A DNA stretch of 32,000 nt from Sporosarcina sp. GW1-11 (GTDB lineage: Bacteria > Bacillota > Bacilli > Bacillales_A > Planococcaceae): assembly GCF_033088395.1 (NCBI RefSeq), contig NZ_JAPMIW010000016.1, positions 1-32,000 of the forward strand, read 5' to 3'. The position numbers and the translations under genes were made by a program. The notes under the pieces are model-generated. The model searched no databases. It was given only the letters and a program-made list of their open reading frames with translations, and was not told where the DNA came from. Shown here piece by piece: positions 24,762 through 32,000 of the stretch (the stretch's first letter is position 1; each line of letters opens with the position of its first letter).

Positions 24762-25063
24762 TGGCTGTCTTCGCCAATCATCAAAGTAACTAGTTTCCCT
24801 GCAAAGCCCATCAAGTCTTTTCCAGAAGCTCTTCCTTCATCGGAACTAAGGCCCGCTTTTAATGCATCCATATCATCGTAGGTCATTTCACACATTAGAT
24901 AATACGGGGATTCTCCACCCATCGGATTGCCCGTGAATTTCGTTACCTTCATTTCACGCAAACCAGGAATCTTTGCTGTAATCGGCGAATGAACATTGAA
25001 GTAATGCTCGTCAAATTCCTCTTTATTTTCAGGGTGTTTATATAGTGCTACTAATTTTGCCAT
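24758..25063 (-). CDS. EthD-domain protein (dimeric alpha/beta-barrel family, function unknown)
   Basis: 101 aa, MAKLVALYKHPENKEEFDEHYFNVHSPITAKIPGLRE..., typical of the EthD/TIGR02118-like family. Its stop overlaps the paaF start by 4 nt. Confidence 0.75.
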   Translation of the reverse strand: MAKLVALYKHPENKEEFDEHYFNVHSPITAKIPGLREMKVTKFTGNPMGGESPYYLMCEMTYDDMDALKAGLSSDEGRASGKDLMGFAGKLVTLMIGEDSQ

Positions 25064-25077
25064 TTAAATTCCTCCAG

Positions 25078-25581
25078 TTACATTATTGTTGAAACAGGTT
25101 TCATTGCTTCGAACGGCGTTTTGCAGCTTTTGCAATATAAAATACTTCTGCAAGCGGTCGGTCCGAATATATTCTCCATCGTTACGTAGGTTGATTCGCA
25201 ATATGGACAATCTACATGCCACGACCCATCTTCCTTCAGATGGCGAGGAGGCGCTGCGATTCCAAACTCTTTCAAACCCTTTTTTCCGTTTTCTGTCACG
25301 CGGTCAGATGTCCAGGGTGGACTGTAAATAAATTCAACTTCAACGTGTTTGACATCCGGCAGCTCCATCACAGCATTCTTTGTATTATTTCTAATAATCT
25401 CAAGTGCCGGACATCCTAAAAATGTAGGCAACAACGTTACCTTGATCTGATCAGGTTCAACCTCAACCTTTTCCACCATGCCAAGATCTACTATACTGAC
25501 CGTATCAATTTCAGGGTCCTTAACGCTTTCAAGCACCTTCCATACTGCTGAACTTAGTACGTTTGTTACTGGAGCTACCAT
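25078..25581 (-). CDS. paaD: Phenylacetyl-CoA epoxidase subunit PaaD (DUF59/MIP18-like N-domain plus Cys-rich C-terminus)
   Basis: WKVLESVKDPEIDTVSIVDLGMV (DUF59 motif), later CPYCES...CKSC. Start set to the ATG at 25581 with AAGAGGTG 7 nt upstream. The track's TTG at 25587 abuts the SD. Confidence 0.85.
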   Translation of the reverse strand: MVAPVTNVLSSAVWKVLESVKDPEIDTVSIVDLGMVEKVEVEPDQIKVTLLPTFLGCPALEIIRNNTKNAVMELPDVKHVEVEFIYSPPWTSDRVTENGKKGLKEFGIAAPPRHLKEDGSWHVDCPYCESTYVTMENIFGPTACRSILYCKSCKTPFEAMKPVSTIM

Positions 25582-25604
25582 TTCCAAACACCTCTTTCTT
25601 TCTA

Positions 25605-26417
25605 TTACCAGCTAGTAGCTGTATCAAGTCTGTACACTTCAGAAAGTGTATCGATTGCTGTCTGTAATTCTTCCGTATGTTGTCCATTACGACCATTCAG
25701 TTTTGGGCTTGGTATTTCCGGCAAATTAATTCCCACTTTTTCAAAGGTTGGACGCATTGCTTCCATCCACTTTTCTTGTAGTTCTTCTTCAGTTCCAATC
25801 AAACCAAAACGCTCTATCGCTTCTTTCTGATCTCCATAAGAGAATAAGTCACCCATATCCTGAACGACTAACTCAATTGCGTTAACCATTCGGCTTTTCG
25901 CTTCTTCCGTCGAGCTCAACAGTTGCTCAAACCATACTTTCCAATGCATCGCATGGTAGTAGAGTTCCATATTTATTTTTATAGCAAGATCAACAAGCGG
26001 TTCATAAGAGCAATTTTCGCGAAGAGAATCGATTTTCACTTTTTTCGCTTGTGTATAGAAGTAACTTCTGACAACTGTGTAAGCCCAGTCATATTGTGGT
26101 GTGTCCATGTAGTAGCCGTCACCATTTACTCGTTCAGTAATGATACTATTTTTACGCTCTTCTGCAGAACGCAGATGAGCAAGATCATCTGCTTTCTCTA
26201 GACCAAGATCTTCTAGCAACTTATAGTACATCGCTGCATGACCCATCGTATCTTGTGTGATTGAGGAGGATGCAACATCTTCCTCAATGTGTGGGGCAAG
26301 GCCTAACCACTCCGAAGCCCGAAATGAAAATAGAAAATCATCATCCGCCAATTGAAATAATAGCGCCTCTAATGCTTCTTTTTCTTCTGCACTCATCATC
26401 TTCTCTACGTTACTCAT
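25605..26417 (-). CDS. paaC: Phenylacetyl-CoA epoxidase structural subunit PaaC
   Basis: 270 aa ferritin-like helical protein (LADDDFLFSFRASEWLGLAPHIEEDVASSSITQDTMGHA...). ATGA start/stop overlap with paaB. Confidence 0.85.
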   Translation of the reverse strand: MSNVEKMMSAEEKEALEALLFQLADDDFLFSFRASEWLGLAPHIEEDVASSSITQDTMGHAAMYYKLLEDLGLEKADDLAHLRSAEERKNSIITERVNGDGYYMDTPQYDWAYTVVRSYFYTQAKKVKIDSLRENCSYEPLVDLAIKINMELYYHAMHWKVWFEQLLSSTEEAKSRMVNAIELVVQDMGDLFSYGDQKEAIERFGLIGTEEELQEKWMEAMRPTFEKVGINLPEIPSPKLNGRNGQHTEELQTAIDTLSEVYRLDTATSW

Positions 26418-26761
26418 TTCTTTCTCCCCCCCGCCCAAGATAGGATTTCCTTTTCATCCAGCATGCCTTGTTCATATTCACGCCACTTTTTACGCAGATA
26501 GCCGTAGCCCTTTGTAGTACGGTAATCTTTGTTATCCAGACGCTTCAGTGAAAGACGTTCTTCTTGATTCATACTGCGGATATGCTTTTTATTCACAACC
26601 CAAATATCGACAACCGGTTCACGGCGCATAAAGTTTTCTTGTGCCATGATAAGTGCCATATCTTCGTTTGGTGCCAGCAAATCGAATTGGTGCTGGTATG
26701 ATGCAGTAGGTGTACGCTTACTGAATACTTCAAATTCCTGATAAAATGTATTCTCTGACAT
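26414..26761 (-). CDS. paaB: Phenylacetyl-CoA epoxidase subunit PaaB
   Basis: 115 aa. FEVFSKRTPTASYQHQFDLLAPNEDMALIMAQENFMRREPVVDIWVV is the characteristic PaaB fold region. AAAGGAG 9 nt upstream. Confidence 0.88.
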   Translation of the reverse strand: MSENTFYQEFEVFSKRTPTASYQHQFDLLAPNEDMALIMAQENFMRREPVVDIWVVNKKHIRSMNQEERLSLKRLDNKDYRTTKGYGYLRKKWREYEQGMLDEKEILSWAGGRKK

Positions 26762-26775
26762 TCTCCATCGCTCCT

Positions 26776-27729
26776 TTATTGAATAACTGCACTTAACGCT
26801 TCACGTACCCACGCGTTGTTCTGATAGGATGAACGGCGAAGATTGAGGCGCGCTTGTGATTTTGGTCCATTATTTGTAATGATCTTTTTGAACTCTGCCC
26901 AGTCTGGCTGCTGATAGCTCCACAGCTGTTTTTCATCATCGTAATGCAATGTGGAATCTGGAATCGTTAAACTAAGTGATAGGATCCTTGGTATATATTT
27001 ATCCAAGAAACTTTGACGCAACTCTTCGTTTGTGTTTTTACGAATACGATATTTAATCGTTGCCTCTTGCTTGGATGTGCCTGTAGTTTCCTTGCTTGGC
27101 GGTCCAAAGAACATAAGAAGCGCAGGCCACCAGCGGTTGAGTGCGTCTTGGACCATTGCCTTTTGTTCATCTGTTCCTTCAGCAAGCGCCATAATGATTG
27201 CTTCCCCATGTTGCGCATGGAAAACTTCTTCTGCACAAATACGTTGTAATGCTTTAGCGTAAGGGCCATAAGAAGCATCTAGCATATTTGTTTGTGTAAT
27301 GATTGCTGCTCCATCTACTAACCAGCCTATCAAACCTGCATCTGCCCATGTTTTTGTCTCCATATGAAAAACATTGTGAAACTTCAAGTCTTCATCAAAC
27401 AAATCTTGCATTAAATCGCCACGAGTTCTGCCATAGGGCTTCATAAGGTCTTCAGCTACTCGAAGTAACAACTGACCGTGTCCCATCTCATCTTGCACTT
27501 TTGCCATAATACCGAGTTTACGGTAAAGTGACGGTGCTTTCGGTACCCATTCCTTCTCAGGAAGTGCTCCCATGATTTCACTAATGCCATGCATGGAAAT
27601 AAGTTTGATCAATGTTTGGCGATATTCCTCCGGCATCCAATCATCTGCTTGGATTTTATCTCCGTTCTCTATACGCTCCATAAAGTGTTCCATTTTCTCA
27701 TTTTCTGTAAGTACTTTCATCGTAACCAT
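26776..27729 (-). CDS. paaA: Phenylacetyl-CoA epoxidase catalytic subunit PaaA (di-iron)
   Basis: 317 aa. Di-iron ligand blocks EIMGA...VQDEMGHGQ and AEEVFHAQHGE. AAAGGAGG 10 nt upstream. Confidence 0.92.
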   Translation of the reverse strand: MVTMKVLTENEKMEHFMERIENGDKIQADDWMPEEYRQTLIKLISMHGISEIMGALPEKEWVPKAPSLYRKLGIMAKVQDEMGHGQLLLRVAEDLMKPYGRTRGDLMQDLFDEDLKFHNVFHMETKTWADAGLIGWLVDGAAIITQTNMLDASYGPYAKALQRICAEEVFHAQHGEAIIMALAEGTDEQKAMVQDALNRWWPALLMFFGPPSKETTGTSKQEATIKYRIRKNTNEELRQSFLDKYIPRILSLSLTIPDSTLHYDDEKQLWSYQQPDWAEFKKIITNNGPKSQARLNLRRSSYQNNAWVREALSAVIQ

Positions 27730-27819
27730 TTATCCAATTCCTCCTTTAATTTCTGAATAGGTTAATAAAGCACGCCCCCGCATAAACGATTTATATCGCA
27801 TTCTATATTCAAACAATTA

Positions 27820-27828
27820 TATATAACA
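27820..27828 (-). promoter_or_regulatory. Candidate extended -10 promoter element upstream of paaA
   Basis: On the minus strand TGtTATATA (TG at 27828-27827, hexamer at 27825-27820). The -35 is poor (TTCGAT). Confidence 0.3.
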
Positions 27829-27877
27829 ATTTAATTAAATTTATCGAAAACTCGTTATACGTAGGGGTAAAAAAATA

Positions 27878-28132
<255 letters not shown>

Positions 28133-28149
28133 TTAATCTAGTCAAATGT

Positions 28150-29184
28150 TCAAGAACTGACTGGGACCTGTTGTCGTTTATTATTTTCCTTTTGTTCCAT
28201 TAGTGTTGTACTATGAGTTGCCTGGACTTTAGCTGTTGGATCAATATAGACCTTAGCATTGCTAACAGCTGTAGGGGCTTCACCAAAACCGCTAGCGATA
28301 AGCTTAACCTTTCCTTCATACGTGCAAATATCACCCACAGCATAAATACCTTCGATGTTTGTTTCCATTTTAGAGTTAACAACGATACTGTTTTTTTCAA
28401 TTTGCAATCCCCAATCTTTAATCGGACCTAGGGAAGAGACGAATCCGTAGTTGACTATGACTTCATCGACTGCGATTTCTTCTGTTGTTTCCGTTTTAAC
28501 TTTATTAAGTATGACTCGCTCAATCTTCTCTTCTCCAACAAAAGATACTGGTGTGTACGGTGTTTTGATTTCTACTTTGGAGTTCATTAAGTTTTCTACA
28601 CTTGCCTCATGTGCACGGAATTTATCACGACGATGAATGAGTGTTACCTTACTAGCAATAGGCTCTAGCATAAGTGACCAATCCACAGCAGAATCACCAC
28701 CACCAAAAATTTGCACATTTTTATCTGCAAAGTATTGTAGGTCTTTAATGAAGTAATGCAAATTCTTATCTTCAAATCGATCTGCATTTTCAACATCCAA
28801 TTTTCGAGGTTGGAATGCTCCATTTCCTGCCGTAATGATGATCGCTTTAGAAAAATATATTTCCTTATTCGTTGTAATTCTGAAGTTCCCATCATCTTGT
28901 TTTTCAACTTCGCGAACATCCTGACCTAATGTGACAGTAGGTTCGAATTGGGACATTTGTTCGACCAAATTATTAATTAGATCTTGCCCTGTTATTTTTG
29001 GGAATCCTGCAATATCATAAATATACTTTTCAGGATATAAAGCTGAAAGTTGACCGCCCAACTGTGGAAGGCTTTCAATTAGATTTACAGACATTTGACG
29101 CATCCCTGCATAGAAAGCAGTGAATAAACCAACGGGACCGCCACCGATTATAGTAACATCATAAACTTTCTGTTCATTGGTCAT
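28150..29184 (-). CDS. Ferredoxin-NADP+ reductase, thioredoxin-reductase-like (YumC type)
   Basis: 344 aa. [104 protein letters not shown]: nearly collinear with remembered B. subtilis YumC. The 32-nt gap to fer contains AAAGGAGG. Confidence 0.9.
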   Translation of the reverse strand: MTNEQKVYDVTIIGGGPVGLFTAFYAGMRQMSVNLIESLPQLGGQLSALYPEKYIYDIAGFPKITGQDLINNLVEQMSQFEPTVTLGQDVREVEKQDDGNFRITTNKEIYFSKAIIITAGNGAFQPRKLDVENADRFEDKNLHYFIKDLQYFADKNVQIFGGGDSAVDWSLMLEPIASKVTLIHRRDKFRAHEASVENLMNSKVEIKTPYTPVSFVGEEKIERVILNKVKTETTEEIAVDEVIVNYGFVSSLGPIKDWGLQIEKNSIVVNSKMETNIEGIYAVGDICTYEGKVKLIASGFGEAPTAVSNAKVYIDPTAKVQATHSTTLMEQKENNKRQQVPVSS

Positions 29185-29272
29185 ATTCTAATTCCCTCTC
29201 TTTCGGAAGAATGTTAACATCTTTTAAGTATAACAATTGCTAAACGTCTATTTAATTTGTGTTATATTTAGT

Positions 29273-29301
29273 ATCTTAAACGAATTTGTAAGCGTTGTCA
29301 A
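29273..29301 (-). promoter_or_regulatory. Candidate sigma-A promoter of the FNR-ferredoxin operon
   Basis: On the minus strand TTGACA (29301-29296), 17-bp spacer, TAAGAT (29278-29273). Confidence 0.5.
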
Positions 29302-29439
29302 CTGCGTATTCAGAATAATTTATGTTTCTTTTACTACTCCATATTCCTTCGTAATATAACTAGATTGGTAGACATTAAGAGGAGCACTTAAACGAAATCA
29401 TCAAAGGATTCATCCTCTTCTAAGGTAGCCTCAATAGAA

Positions 29440-29465
29440 AAGACACTGCACTACAGCAGTGTCTT
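29440..29465 (-). terminator. Intrinsic terminator after the Liv-type binding-protein gene
   Basis: AAGACACTGC / GCAGTGTCTT perfect 10-bp stem, 6-nt loop, 5 nt after the stop. On the minus strand it is followed by TTTTCTATT. Confidence 0.8.
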
Positions 29466-29470
29466 AGATA

Positions 29471-30649
29471 TCATTCTAGATATGTCCACTTTCCATCCTT
29501 AACAGTAGCCAGGACGAAACTTTCTGGTCCAAGTCCGTTGTGATCTTCGGATGTATAATTAAAGACGCCTGTCGCGCCCGTCCATTCTTGAATGTTGTTT
29601 TCCAAATAATCACGAATAGACTCACGGTCAATGGCACCGTTCTTCAAGGCTTCCACAGCTAACATAACGTTATCATAACCATAAGATCCAAAATTGGTCG
29701 GTTCGCTGTCGTATTTGGCTGTATATTCATCATAGAATTTTGATACAACATCATATTGGACATCATCTTTAGGAATTTGATTAGGGAATAGTAGTTTACC
29801 TGTCGGAATTACTACTCCTTCTGCTGCCTCTCCCGCCAAAGAGATGAAGTTTTGGTTGGCAATGCCGTGACTTCCTAAAATCGGCAACTTTACGCCCAGA
29901 TCATGCGTATTTTTCGCTACAACAGCAGGGCCAGGATTAGTTCCCCATACAACAATTGCTTCGGCTTTTGCACTGTTTATTTTTGTTACTTGGGCACTCA
30001 TATCTGGATCTTGTGTATTGTAGTTTTCTTTTGCTACAATTTTAATACCATATTTTTCGGCAAGCCCTTCCAACTGTTCTGCTCCACTCGAACCAAATGC
30101 ATTGGAATCACTGATTATTCCTATTTTGCCAATTCCCTGCTCATTCAAGTGCATATAGATACGTTCTACTGCTTGTCTATCTGATTGTGGTGTCTTAAAC
30201 ACCCACTTGGCCTGGTCAACCGGCTCAACAATATGTGTGCTTGCTGCGGCTGAAATCATGGGAACTTGCTGTTGCGTTGCAATCCCTTTCATCGCCAAAC
30301 TTTCACCACTTCCTGAAGATCCAAGCAGTACTAAGACGTTTTCATCGTTCACTAAGCGGTTAGCTTCTTGGGTTGCCTTTTCTTGACTTGATTCATCATC
30401 AGCTAAAATTATCTTCACTGGAATACCATCTATTCCGCCTTCTTTGTTAATCTTTTCTTCCAATAGTTTAGTCGCATTCCACTCTGGTTCACCTAATGGA
30501 CTATTTGGACCTGTTTTGGAGTATATTGCTCCAATTTTGTATTCAGTTAATTCCCCTCCATCAGCCTTTTCGGCATCTGCATCGTTGCATGCAGCTAAAA
30601 TAATCGCGGTAATAATTGATAAGAAAATCATCGGTAACTTTTTGAACAT
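29471..30649 (-). CDS. Liv-type (branched-chain amino acid family, PBP type I) ABC substrate-binding lipoprotein
   Basis: 392 aa from MFKKLPMIFLSIITAIILAAC|N (lipobox, GGAGG 8 nt upstream). YKIGAIYSKTGPNSPLGEPEWNA and later blocks are typical of the LivJ/K-like family. Confidence 0.85.
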   Translation of the reverse strand: MFKKLPMIFLSIITAIILAACNDADAEKADGGELTEYKIGAIYSKTGPNSPLGEPEWNATKLLEEKINKEGGIDGIPVKIILADDESSQEKATQEANRLVNDENVLVLLGSSGSGESLAMKGIATQQQVPMISAAASTHIVEPVDQAKWVFKTPQSDRQAVERIYMHLNEQGIGKIGIISDSNAFGSSGAEQLEGLAEKYGIKIVAKENYNTQDPDMSAQVTKINSAKAEAIVVWGTNPGPAVVAKNTHDLGVKLPILGSHGIANQNFISLAGEAAEGVVIPTGKLLFPNQIPKDDVQYDVVSKFYDEYTAKYDSEPTNFGSYGYDNVMLAVEALKNGAIDRESIRDYLENNIQEWTGATGVFNYTSEDHNGLGPESFVLATVKDGKWTYLE

Positions 30650-30666
30650 ATTCTCATCCTCCATTA

Positions 30667-31407
30667 TCAATGTACTGTATGGCCCAAATAGGCTTCCTTC
30701 ACTTCTGGATCATTTAGTAATTCATTTGAACTTCCACTTTTAATGATTTCGCCATGGGAGATAACATACCCTCGATCAGCAATCCTAAGTGAAGCATTCA
30801 AGTTTTGTTCAATCAATAAAATAGTCGTTCCAAATTGAGCCCGTAAATCACGTACAAGTTCTAATACGTCTTTGGCGATAAGTGGGGCAAGTCCCAATGT
30901 TGGTTCATCTAATAGTAATAAATCAGGCTCTGCCATCATTCCTCTTGCAATAGCTAGCATTTGTTGTTGCCCACCAGACATCGTTCCACCAAGTTGTTCC
31001 TTACGATCACTTAAAATAGGGAACAATTCAAACACTTTATTCATATTTGCTTCTATCGTTTGTTTGTTAGTCGATCTACGATGATGGTAAGCACCTAAAT
31101 ATAGATTATCTAGTACTGTCATTGTAGAAAATATTTGTCTATGCTCAGGTACATGAATTAGATGCTTTTCGACAATCTTCTCCGCGTTCATTCCGGTAAT
31201 ATCTGTACCTTGGTAGATAATTTGCCCAGTTGTTGGACGGAGTAACCCTGAAACTGTTTGTAAAAGTGTTGTTTTTCCTGCTCCATTTGCGCCGAGTAAT
31301 GCGACAACTTCTCCACGTTCAACAGATAACGATACGTTGTTTAATGCTTGAATCGGTCCATAGCTGACAGAACAATTGATGATTTCAAGTAACTTCTGTT
31401 GACTCAT
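30667..31407 (-). CDS. livF: Liv-type ABC transporter ATP-binding protein (LivF-like)
   Basis: 246 aa. Walker A GANGAGKTT, MSGGQQQMLAIARG, LLLLDEPTLGLAP, EQN H-loop region. Confidence 0.88.
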   Translation of the reverse strand: MSQQKLLEIINCSVSYGPIQALNNVSLSVERGEVVALLGANGAGKTTLLQTVSGLLRPTTGQIIYQGTDITGMNAEKIVEKHLIHVPEHRQIFSTMTVLDNLYLGAYHHRRSTNKQTIEANMNKVFELFPILSDRKEQLGGTMSGGQQQMLAIARGMMAEPDLLLLDEPTLGLAPLIAKDVLELVRDLRAQFGTTILLIEQNLNASLRIADRGYVISHGEIIKSGSSNELLNDPEVKEAYLGHTVH

Positions 31408-32000
31408 ATTGCCTCCTCCTCGACTTCTGCGCCTAAATAAGCAGTAATGACTGCCTCATCCGCTTGAATCTCCCTTGGAGTACCTTCCGCAATTTTTATC
31501 CCCTGATCTAAGACAATGAGTTTATCGCAAATACTCATGACAAGATCCATGTCATGCTCGACAACCAAAACTGTGACCCCTGTATCGCGTACTTTTTTGA
31601 TCAATGCACTCATTTCAGATGTCTCACTATGGTTCAATCCGGCTGCAATTTCATCCAGCAAAAGAAGTTTGGGTCTTGTCGCATAGGCGCGGGCAAATTC
31701 CAAAAGACGTAATTTACCGAGCGATAAACTGGATGCTTTTTGGTCAAAAACCGATTCTAAATGGAAAAACTGTAAAACTTCCATAGCCTCTTCATAAACT
31801 TTACGTTCATTTTTTGTAATACCTAGAAGCATTGATGCAAATCCTGCTACGTTTTGTTTTGTTCTCATATGCTGGCCTACCATTACATTCTCAATGACTG
31901 TCATACTTTTAAAAACTTGTAGGTTTTGAAAGGTACGTGAAACACCTAGCGGAGCCACTTTATACGAAGGAAGCTTATCGATCTTCGCTCCGCAAAATAA
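31404..32000 (-). CDS. livG: Liv-type ABC transporter ATP-binding protein (LivG-like), 5'-truncated by the window edge
   Basis: The frame stays open to base 32000 (...KIDKLPSYKVAPLGVSRTFQNLQVF...). LSLGKLRLLEFARA signature, LLLLDEIAAGL Walker B, VEHDM. The Walker A motif lies outside the window. ATGA overlap with livF. Confidence 0.85.
   Translation of the reverse strand, partial: LFCGAKIDKLPSYKVAPLGVSRTFQNLQVFKSMTVIENVMVGQHMRTKQNVAGFASMLLGITKNERKVYEEAMEVLQFFHLESVFDQKASSLSLGKLRLLEFARAYATRPKLLLLDEIAAGLNHSETSEMSALIKKVRDTGVTVLVVEHDMDLVMSICDKLIVLDQGIKIAEGTPREIQADEAVITAYLGAEVEEEAI

Noticed and set aside
27730-27877. E. coli-type PaaX operator (TGATTC ... GAATCA) upstream of paaA
   Set aside because: No such inverted repeat is present. 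Only loosely similar words occur (GGATTCA and GAAATCA at about 29393-29412, upstream of the FNR promoter). I do not know the operator consensus for Gram-positive PaaX, so no call is made.

Overview
The window looks like a chromosomal segment from a low-GC Gram-positive bacterium (Bacillales-like: strong GGAGG-type ribosome-binding sites, sigma-A type promoters, hairpin plus U-tract terminators). Almost all of it is ordinary transport and metabolism.

Gene content, left to right:
- a tandem ~213-bp non-coding repeat
- a carboxylesterase
- a MacB/FtsX-type ABC exporter pair
- an OpuF-type compatible-solute ABC importer (ATPase plus a fused permease/binding protein)
- yqeY, topB (topoisomerase III) and an archaeal-type prolyl-tRNA synthetase
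- an EamA transporter
- a lipoprotein plus a small membrane protein of unknown function
- an AbgT-family transporter
- a YeeE/YeeD thiosulfate-uptake pair
- a nitronate monooxygenase

From about 17.1 to 29.2 kb there is a phenylacetate (paa) catabolic cluster: paaY, paaX, a crotonase, paaJ, paaH, a stand-alone aldehyde dehydrogenase, paaG, paaF, ethD, paaD, paaC, paaB and paaA. It is preceded by a ferredoxin plus YumC-type ferredoxin-NADP reductase operon and by the 3' part of a Liv-type ABC importer (livG partial, livF, binding protein).

I found no rRNA, tRNA, CRISPR array, transposase, phage gene or recognisable defence or toxin system, and no clearly novel multi-gene system.

The two observations most worth following up:
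1. The structured tandem repeat at 85-512, which shows a compensatory base-pair change between its two copies.
2. The paa oxygenase operon has no paaE reductase gene, but sits directly downstream of a dedicated-looking FNR/ferredoxin pair.

All functional calls come from reading the translated ORFs against remembered family signatures. No database search was run.
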